Source of the DNA: Candidatus Electrothrix sp. GW3-4
GTDB lineage: Bacteria > Desulfobacterota > Desulfobulbia > Desulfobulbales > Desulfobulbaceae
Assembly (NCBI RefSeq): GCF_037902255.1
Contig: NZ_CP147990.1
Span: 1,170,001-1,202,000, forward strand
DNA length: 32,000 bases
Direction: 5' to 3'
A model generated the notes under the pieces. It had not been told where the DNA came from, made no database searches, and saw only the letters and a list, made by a program, of their open reading frames with translations. This document shows positions 8,695 to 15,710 of this stretch, piece by piece (position 1 is the first letter of the stretch; each line of letters opens with the position of its first letter). The translations under genes were made by a program, and so were the position numbers.

Positions 8695-9444
8695 GTGGAA
8701 ATTTTTTTTCTCGGTGTCGGAGAGACCTGTGACACAGCGCACGGCAACAGCTCCTCTATATTGACAACAAATAATGGAACCAGGATATTACTGGATTGTG
8801 GCTTTACGGTGCCGCACCAATACTTCCGTATTGTAGAGGACCCAACCCGGCTGGATTATATCTGGATCTCTCATTTTCACGGCGATCATTACCTCGGCCT
8901 TCCCCTGCTCTTTCTCCGTCTCTGGCAAATGGGCCGGACAAAACCACTGGCCATTGTTGGTCAGAAAGGTATTGAAGAATGGGTTATGAAACTGCTGGAA
9001 ATGGCCTATCCTACCTTCAGTCAAAAGATCGGTTTTTCTTTTAAGTTTCATGTTATTTCTCCAAGGGCAACTGCTCATATAGCAGGAATGGAGTGGTCAA
9101 CAGCACTGACCCAGCATACGCAGTATAACCTTGGATTGCTGCTGAAAGATGGGAGTAAAAAACTCTATTATAGTGGTGATGGGCGGGCCAATACCCGGGT
9201 GCGAAGGCTCATCCGTGGGTGCGACTTCGCTATCCATGAATCATTCAATATGGTTGACACTTATCCTTATCATGGTTCTATTACCAGCACCTTGAAGTTG
9301 GCCGATGAAATGGATATAGGGCAGGTTGCCTTGGTGCATCTGGAACATAGTCTGCGAAAAAACGAGATTGATACCATAAAACGCATAGTGCAGGACAGGC
9401 CCAATACCCTGCTACCCGTTGCTGGTGATCGCCTGAGTTTCTAA
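8695..9444 (+). CDS. MBL-fold metallo-hydrolase (RNase Z/beta-lactamase-like)
   Basis: FLGVGE...ILLDCG...WISHFHGDH (HxHxDH) ...YSGDG...H motifs. GTG start with GGAG 9 nt upstream. Confidence 0.75.
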   Translation: MEIFFLGVGETCDTAHGNSSSILTTNNGTRILLDCGFTVPHQYFRIVEDPTRLDYIWISHFHGDHYLGLPLLFLRLWQMGRTKPLAIVGQKGIEEWVMKLLEMAYPTFSQKIGFSFKFHVISPRATAHIAGMEWSTALTQHTQYNLGLLLKDGSKKLYYSGDGRANTRVRRLIRGCDFAIHESFNMVDTYPYHGSITSTLKLADEMDIGQVALVHLEHSLRKNEIDTIKRIVQDRPNTLLPVAGDRLSF

Positions 9445-9506
9445 TCCGCCTGCCGCCCCGCTTCGCGGTATCTCCTCTGTAAAACTCGTACAGGAATAGA
9501 ATACAT

Positions 9507-10619
9507 ATGACATCCAGAACCCTACAGGTATTGACAGTACTTCTTTTATCTCTGCTTATCCTCTCCATGGTCCCTGTTGCGGCAACAGCAGGAGGCAGAA
9601 AGCCGCAACGCCCCAAGGCAAAACCTGCTCTCCGCTTTGATGCAAGGGATGACGCGTCACCAAAGTACATCAGGATGGCGGATAACTTTTTTGTTTTTTA
9701 TGACCCTTCCACAGCCATGGCAGTGCCTTATAAAAAAACGGGCATGACCCGCCTGGAGATGTCTAAACAGATTCTCTTGAAGAGTAATGCTGCTATGCCG
9801 GATCTGCGCTGGCAAACAGGTCTTTATCCTCATTGGAAGAATGTGATGTGGCTTCCTGCCTCGCCAGGCAGTTTTCAGCCCTACTATGCCTTACAGAATT
9901 ACGATAAGGATAACTTCGCCAGCGCACTTGGGGAATTGCCGGTGCTCAGTTCCGGGCCCCCTATGCTGCAAATGTCCCTGATGAAGATGGAGTATCTTTT
10001 GGGGCTCCCTGGTCGTACGGAGATCTTTCTCTTTACCAACGGTGAGGATGCCCGTTTCAAGGGGATTGATGAGCCTGCTCCGTTGTTCCAGGCCGAGATG
10101 CTGGCCAGGAAGTACGATATCTGCTACACGATCATCAGCAGTGCAACCACACCAGAGGCGGAGAGATTACTCCATAAAATCGCTGAGGTGAATGACTGTT
10201 CACAGGTGGTTGATTTTGATACCGTTGCTGCTCATCCCGAGTATCTCTTTGGTCGCCTATATATGACACCGGATGGGCTTTTTGACAACGTCCTGTTCGC
10301 TTTTGACAAGGCAAATATCCGCAGGAAATACCGGGGAACCTTGGATCGGTTGGGGAATTATCTCTTGGAACACCCAACCCATTATGCTGTCCTCTCTGGA
10401 TTCTGTGATATTATCGGCACGGAAAAATACAATATGCGTTTATCCCAGCGCAGGGCAGAGCGTGCGCAAAAGTATCTGCTGGATCATTTCCCGGCGCTTA
10501 CCAAGGAACGTATCCTCCTCTACTGGTACGGGTATGCCCACCCGGTTGCCTCGAATAAGACCGTAGCTGGGCGACGCCTGAATCGTCGGGTCACCATCAT
10601 GATTCGTAAGGGCTTCTGA
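9507..10619 (+). CDS. exported OmpA-family (peptidoglycan-binding C-terminal domain) protein with an unassigned N-terminal domain
   Basis: Signal peptide LQVLTVLLLSLLILSMVPVAATA. C-terminal OmpA_C-like segment VLFAFDKANIRRKY...LSGFCDIIGTEKYNMRLSQRRAERAQKYL...GRRLNRRVTI. Confidence 0.75.
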   Translation: MTSRTLQVLTVLLLSLLILSMVPVAATAGGRKPQRPKAKPALRFDARDDASPKYIRMADNFFVFYDPSTAMAVPYKKTGMTRLEMSKQILLKSNAAMPDLRWQTGLYPHWKNVMWLPASPGSFQPYYALQNYDKDNFASALGELPVLSSGPPMLQMSLMKMEYLLGLPGRTEIFLFTNGEDARFKGIDEPAPLFQAEMLARKYDICYTIISSATTPEAERLLHKIAEVNDCSQVVDFDTVAAHPEYLFGRLYMTPDGLFDNVLFAFDKANIRRKYRGTLDRLGNYLLEHPTHYAVLSGFCDIIGTEKYNMRLSQRRAERAQKYLLDHFPALTKERILLYWYGYAHPVASNKTVAGRRLNRRVTIMIRKGF

Positions 10620-10638
10620 GGAAATCCCGTTCCTGACC

Positions 10639-11949
10639 ATGACACCGGATATCCTGCTGACCGACATCTGCCTGCCCGATCCCTTTGGGGATGCGCCGCT
10701 CAAATCCAACTGCTGTCTCGCCATCCAGGGAGACAGTATTTGCCAGATCGGACCAGCACATGAGTTCGACGCGCTTGAGGCGAAAAGAGTTATCAAGGGC
10801 CGCGGCCAACTGGCCCTCCCTGGCCTGATAAATGGTCATTGTCATGCAGCCATGACCCTTTTTCGTGGCTTGGCTGATGATCTCAGTCTCGCAGATTGGC
10901 TGAATAACTATATCTTTCCTGCCGAGGCCAGGTATGTGCAACCGGATATGGTCTATTGGTGTAGTAAGCTTGCTGCCGCTGAAATGATCTTTTCCGGCAC
11001 GACTACGGTTGCAGATGGCTATTTTCATGAGCATCATGCGGCCAAGGCTTTTGCCGAGACAGGTCTGCGCGCCGTTGCAGCCCAAGGTGTTATTGACTTT
11101 CCTGCCCCAGGAGTGCCTGACCCTGAAAAAAAGATTAACCATGCCGCTGAATTCCTTACTCAGTGGCGGAGCCATCCACTCATTCGTCCGGCAGTCTTTG
11201 CCCATTCGCCCTATACCTGCTCCCCAGGTACCCTGGTGGCGGCAAAAGAGCTTGCCCGTTCTGAAAAGACACTGTTTTTTATCCATACAGCGGAGACTGA
11301 ACAGGAGATCTCGATGATACATGACAAACAGGGGGATTCTCCTGTTCGTCACCTCCATAACTTAGGTCTTCTTGATGCCGGGACGGTTTGTATTCATGCT
11401 GTCTGGCTGGATGAGCAGGATTTGGATATCCTTGCCGAAACCGGTGCCGGTATTGTGGTCTGTCCTCAAAGTAGTCTTAAACTGGCCTCTGGAAAAGCCC
11501 CGCTTCAGGCAATGCTTGCGCGCGGTATTCGGGTAGGAATCGGTACAGACGGGGCAGCAAGCAATAACCGCTTGGATTTGATTCGGGAAATGGATAGCTG
11601 TGCCAAGCTGAACAAACTACGAAACCTTGATCCCGTGGCAGTCCCAGCCAATACTCTTGTGAATATGGCAACCCAAGGAGGGGCTGCTGTTCTTGGACTG
11701 CACAGGAAAATCGGACGACTGGAGGAGGGAAAGCACGCAGATATCATGCTGGTCAATCTTGATACGCCCCATCTTCAGCCTGTGCATGGCTCGGACCTGC
11801 CCCTGTATGCAATCCAGGGCTCGGATGTTCAAACTGTGCTGATCAACGGGATTTTGGTGATGCAGGATCGAAAAATCCTCAGCTTTGATCTGGAAGAAAC
11901 CGTTGAACAGGTCCGTCGACTGGCTGAACAGGTAAAGAAAAGTCTGTGA
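10639..11949 (+). CDS. mtaD: amidohydrolase-superfamily deaminase of the MtaD family (5-methylthioadenosine/S-adenosylhomocysteine deaminase-like)
   Basis: LPGLINGHCHAAMTLFRGLADD, FIHTAET, VWLDEQD and GTDGAASNN motifs characteristic of COG0402 MTA/SAH/guanine deaminases. Length 436 aa. Confidence 0.7.
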   Translation: MTPDILLTDICLPDPFGDAPLKSNCCLAIQGDSICQIGPAHEFDALEAKRVIKGRGQLALPGLINGHCHAAMTLFRGLADDLSLADWLNNYIFPAEARYVQPDMVYWCSKLAAAEMIFSGTTTVADGYFHEHHAAKAFAETGLRAVAAQGVIDFPAPGVPDPEKKINHAAEFLTQWRSHPLIRPAVFAHSPYTCSPGTLVAAKELARSEKTLFFIHTAETEQEISMIHDKQGDSPVRHLHNLGLLDAGTVCIHAVWLDEQDLDILAETGAGIVVCPQSSLKLASGKAPLQAMLARGIRVGIGTDGAASNNRLDLIREMDSCAKLNKLRNLDPVAVPANTLVNMATQGGAAVLGLHRKIGRLEEGKHADIMLVNLDTPHLQPVHGSDLPLYAIQGSDVQTVLINGILVMQDRKILSFDLEETVEQVRRLAEQVKKSL

Positions 11950-12324
11950 TGATGGGGGCGACATCTTGCTTGGTGAAGGGCCACCTTGCACAAGCATTTT
12001 AAGCTCATCGAAAGAGCGGGGCTGTTCCAAAAGGTAAAACACCCGTTGCTAGCCATTCGATCCAGCTTTTCGACGCTTTGTCATGTGTCGGCCAAGGGGC
12101 TGGCGATCTCTATTGCTCAAAAAAGAAGGCAAGTGAAGATACCCGCAGATTCATCGGCATGATGATGTCACTTTCAATTATCTTCATTACCTTCCCTTTC
12201 ACAAAACCGCATTTTTTGTCAGGAACTACAGGCGGTTATTTCTTTCTTAGGCGAAAAAGTCCTGTCCTGCAATAAAAAACACTCACCCTTGCCTTTTGTA
12301 ACATCAGATTATTGAATGGAATAT

Positions 12325-12450
12325 TTATGCCTGCGGATGAAATGAAATGTTTCGGCAGTATTCCTTGATCAGTTGGAGTCGCTGTTTGACGGTCATGCGG
12401 AAGTAAAAGGGGCTGAACATCAATATATGGATAGCGTTACGACGTTTCAT
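12325..12450 (-). CDS. possible 41-aa small protein (MKRRNAIHILMFSPFYFRMTVKQRLQLIKEYCRNISFHPQA)
   Basis: Found by hand translation; it is below the ORF-track size cutoff. ATG is preceded by AGAGGT with a 7-nt spacer, and a perfect minus-strand TATAAT (12487-12492) lies about 35 nt upstream. No similarity is known to me. Confidence 0.25.
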   Translation of the reverse strand: MKRRNAIHILMFSPFYFRMTVKQRLQLIKEYCRNISFHPQA

Positions 12451-12730
12451 TTTTTGTACCTCTATTGAACTCTTGTTTTCTGTAATATTATACTATATGG
12501 TTACGGGTATAAAAAGTTATACTTTGTGTTTTTTTGTTTGGCTCTGGGGGCTAATTTCACACCTGCATGTTCGGATAATTTGTTGAGCTTGAGCATCCAT
12601 GGGCTGGCTGTGGCTTGGATGTTTTCTTTTTTCTTTTTTTTTCAAGGTGGTTGATACCTTTTCTTCTCGGTTTTCCTTTGAAAGTGGTCAGTGAAGCCGA
12701 TCAGGATTCCCCTCTTTCATGTTATATTGT

Positions 12731-12748
12731 CCCCCCCCCTTTTTTTTT
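12731..12748. repeat. C9T9 homopolymer tract in a pyrimidine-rich leader
   Basis: C x9 (12731-12739) is directly followed by T x9 (12740-12748). A further T4CT6CT9 tract lies at 12622-12642. Confidence 0.95.
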
Positions 12749-12964
12749 CTTTCGTAGCCCCTGATCTGGTTTTTGGCGATTTTTCCATTTTTATCGTCCG
12801 ATAGTGCTGTTTTCAGCATACTCAGTGTAAAAAAAGTGTGATGGTGTGGCAAAATCAACCATTCGTAGATGTACTCTTTGAATGGAGTAAAATATAATTC
12901 TTACGAAAAAACAAAATACATTTTGAATTTTATCACGTGAATGTAGAGGTAAAGGTGGGATGGT

Positions 12965-13357
12965 ATGAATATGAAAAGACCGAGGCAGCAGAGAATAGAT
13001 TTACCTGACTATATAGCGACCCTCAAAGAGGGGGATTGCGGCTTTACGGGTATATTAAAAGGCGTATCCCTTAACGGATTTCAGGTGGTTTTTTGCCCTG
13101 CGGATGTACAACTAATTTCTGAGCTGAGTCTTTTAGATCCCCTCCCCATTTGCCGCAACAGAAAAATTAAAATCGTTGTTTCCAAAAAACTGGGCAACGA
13201 GAATTATAAGGAGAGATATTGCTCAAACTTGAGGAGAAAACACTATAGAGTGACAGCGTATGCGCGATGGTGGATAGAAAAAGATAATTCAGTGGAGGTT
13301 GGTTTTGAGCTTCCTGTGATTACTCTTGATTGGAAATTATTTATTTCGAGCTTTTAA
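12965..13357 (+). CDS. orphan hypothetical protein, possibly a PilZ-like fold with degenerate c-di-GMP motifs
   Basis: Strong SD AAGGTGGG 5-6 nt upstream of the ATG. The N-terminal RPRQQRIDL...GILKGVSLNGFQVVF resembles the PilZ pattern RxxxR...(D/N)xSxxG but matches neither motif exactly. The gene is low-GC and isolated between long non-coding stretches. Confidence 0.45.
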   Translation: MNMKRPRQQRIDLPDYIATLKEGDCGFTGILKGVSLNGFQVVFCPADVQLISELSLLDPLPICRNRKIKIVVSKKLGNENYKERYCSNLRRKHYRVTAYARWWIEKDNSVEVGFELPVITLDWKLFISSF

Positions 13358-13750
13358 GATGATAATCTTCTGATCTGGTCAGCATGCCTTGCTGCCCTGT
13401 CCTTAGTGCTAAGTCATGACTAAATTTTAGGGTTACCATTTCCGGACCAAATCGAAAGATGGAACAATTACGGAAACGACCAATCCTAAATTTTAGCTTT
13501 TACAGAGCACTGGTTGTTTTTTGATCTTTCCGTAGCGCGTGCCCCCGTCTATTTTTGTTTTGCCCTAACCATTTTCTTCCTCTTGTCTTCCCCTGTTTGG
13601 TCCTGAAGCTCAAGCCCGCAGTCTTGGTCTGTCGCATCCAGTTGATGAGGGCCATAAAAAGGGATATCAATTCATGGAGGAGATCATTTTTTTGTTTTGT
13701 TCGTCATGAGGCGGGCAATAAGCCCATCTGTGCTTTCCGAGAGCCAAAAA

Positions 13751-13786
13751 CAAAAAAAAGGACTTAACGAAAAAACGTTAAGTCCT
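13751..13786 (-). terminator. intrinsic terminator downstream of tRNA-Glu
   Basis: 11-bp perfect stem AGGACTTAACG/CGTTAAGTCCT (13759-13769 and 13776-13786) with a 6-nt loop. On the minus strand it is followed by a T8 run. Confidence 0.8.
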
Positions 13787-13797
13787 TGAAAGCTCTA

Positions 13798-13872
13798 TGG
13801 TGACCCCAAGGGGAATCGAACCCCTGTTTACGGCGTGAGAGGCCGTCGTCCTAACCGCTAGACGATGGGGCC
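13798..13872 (-). tRNA. tRNA-Glu (anticodon CUC)
   Basis: Minus-strand sequence GGCCCCATCGTCTAGCGGTTAGGACGACGGCCTCTCACGCCGTAAACAGGGGTTCGATTCCCCTTGGGGTCACCA. It folds as a cloverleaf with a 7-bp acceptor stem, anticodon loop CU-CUC-AC, T-loop TTCGATT and an encoded CCA. Confidence 0.9.
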
Positions 13873-13891
13873 ATAAAGTGTGAAGAGGTAT

Positions 13892-15541
13892 TTAACCTCT
13901 TTCGCTCTCATTGTCAATGTTGTTTTTTGCTTTTTCTTCTTTTTTTGCCGGGAGCCTGCCAAATAATGTCGTGCTCGCCTTGAGCTCTGCGGCAAGGGTC
14001 TTGGTGATAAATTGTGGGGCACAGCGCCATTGCCAATTATTACTCGCTGTTCCAGGTTGGTTCATGCGGCAGTCGTTGCCAAAACCCAGGATATCCTGCA
14101 TGGGCAGGATAGAGAGCGCGGCCACAGAGGACTGGGCCAGGTAGATCATCTGCTTATGAAAATGACCAGCATCAGTATCCTGACAATTGGCATAACGTCT
14201 GGCTAATGCCTTGGCCTCGCGAGGTACCTCCTTGCTGAGGTACCAGCCCACGGCAGTATCGTTATCGTGAGTGCCGGTATAGACCACGCAGTTGCGGCTC
14301 ATATTCTGGGGCAGATAGGCGTTCTCTGGATCGTCGTCAAAGGCAAAGAGGAGGATTTTCATGCCTGGGAACCCCAGATCATCGCGTAATTTTTCTACAG
14401 CCGGGGTAATGATGCCTAAATCCTCAGCAATGATCGGGAGGTCACCTAGCTGTTTTTTCATCTCTTCAAAAAAGGAGCGGCCTGGACCATCTTTCCAGGA
14501 GCCGTTTAATGCGGTTTCCTCTTCTGCCGGGACGGACCAGTAGGATTCAAAGCCGCGAAAATGATCAATGCGGATAATATCTACAGTCGACAGGATGGCC
14601 TGCAGGCGTTGCTGCCACCAAGTGAGCAGTTTTTTCTGCACCGCTCCTTTGCTTTGCCAACGATAGAGAGGATTCCCCCAGAGTTGTCCTGTGTCACTGA
14701 AATAATCAGGGGGCACACCTGCCACGTGGGTCGGTTCTCCGGTTTGAGGCGATAAAGTGAATATTTCCTGATGAGCCCAGACATCAGCGGAGTCAAGGCC
14801 CACATAAATAGGCAGGTCACCTATGATCTGAATCCCTTTTTTTTGTGCATAGCTATGCAGTTTTTCCCATTGTCTGAAAAAAAGGTATTGCTCAAACTGG
14901 AAATAACGAATCTCCTTCTGTAATTCCTTTGTTGTCCTGCGGATAGCTTCCGGCTGGCAGCAACGGATTTTTTGGGGCCATTGCATCCAGCCTTGCTGGT
15001 GAAACTGCTGCTTTAAGGCCATAAAGAGGCTGTACATTTTCAGCCAATGGTGAGTATCAATAAGCTTTGTGAAAAAACGATCCTGCTCAGCCGGAGCGGT
15101 CTGTTGCTGGAAGGTCTGCCAGGCCTTGTTGAGGGTCCCTTTTTTCCAGGCTGTGACCTGCGCAAAATCGACCAGGAACTCAGAAAAGTTATGCTCTGGC
15201 AGGTCAGCTGTGCTCAGTAGGCCGTCCTGGATGAGCTGCTCCGGGCTAATGAACAGGGGGTTGCCTGCAAAGGCAGAACTGCTCATATAGGGTGAGTTGC
15301 CGAAAATCTCATTTGTCGGACCGAGAGGCAGGACCTGCCAGTACTGCTGGCCACTCTGGGCAAGGAAGTCGATAAAGGCGAAACTCTCCGGCCCCAGATC
15401 ACCGATTCCAAAGGGGCTTGGCAGGGAAGAGAGATGGAGAAGAACACCAGATGATCTGGTGTCTGAAGAAAAACGACTTTTTTGCGGGGAGGCCGGGGGG
15501 ATCTGATCCGAAGTCTCTGATGTATTCATAAGCGAGGTCAT
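13892..15541 (-). CDS. malQ: 4-alpha-glucanotransferase (amylomaltase, GH77)
   Basis: RSSGVLLHLSSLPSPFGIGDLG, RIDHFRGF, IIAEDLG and VVYTGTHDNDT motifs, preceded by an N-terminal extension of about 30 aa. Confidence 0.9.
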   Translation of the reverse strand: MTSLMNTSETSDQIPPASPQKSRFSSDTRSSGVLLHLSSLPSPFGIGDLGPESFAFIDFLAQSGQQYWQVLPLGPTNEIFGNSPYMSSSAFAGNPLFISPEQLIQDGLLSTADLPEHNFSEFLVDFAQVTAWKKGTLNKAWQTFQQQTAPAEQDRFFTKLIDTHHWLKMYSLFMALKQQFHQQGWMQWPQKIRCCQPEAIRRTTKELQKEIRYFQFEQYLFFRQWEKLHSYAQKKGIQIIGDLPIYVGLDSADVWAHQEIFTLSPQTGEPTHVAGVPPDYFSDTGQLWGNPLYRWQSKGAVQKKLLTWWQQRLQAILSTVDIIRIDHFRGFESYWSVPAEEETALNGSWKDGPGRSFFEEMKKQLGDLPIIAEDLGIITPAVEKLRDDLGFPGMKILLFAFDDDPENAYLPQNMSRNCVVYTGTHDNDTAVGWYLSKEVPREAKALARRYANCQDTDAGHFHKQMIYLAQSSVAALSILPMQDILGFGNDCRMNQPGTASNNWQWRCAPQFITKTLAAELKASTTLFGRLPAKKEEKAKNNIDNESERG

Positions 15542-15710
15542 TGAAAAGATTTTTAAAAAGAGTTTGTGCAGGAAGCAACGGGTGGAGGTACTCTTTATTT
15601 GCTTTTTTTAAAAAAATATACTATACAATACCCTCTTGTTCATTATAAACTTAGAGCAGTAATATTTTTTCTCTATTTCATAGATTCAATGCGTAGGGGG
15701 TTGTAGGCAG

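Noticed and set aside
10597-11358. 253-aa ORF on the - strand
   Set aside because: It is antisense to the MtaD-family gene, which has clear family motifs. There is no SD and no motif.
12091-12098. ccaagggg, identical to 8 nt of the tRNA-Glu 3' acceptor/T-arm region, considered as a possible att direct repeat delimiting an island
   Set aside because: An 8-nt match within about 1.8 kb is expected by chance at roughly even odds. No longer flanking identity and no integrase were found.
12078-12275. 65-aa ORF in the low-GC patch
   Set aside because: There is no SD and no motif. The composition is consistent with a chance ORF, so it is retained only as part of the patch description.
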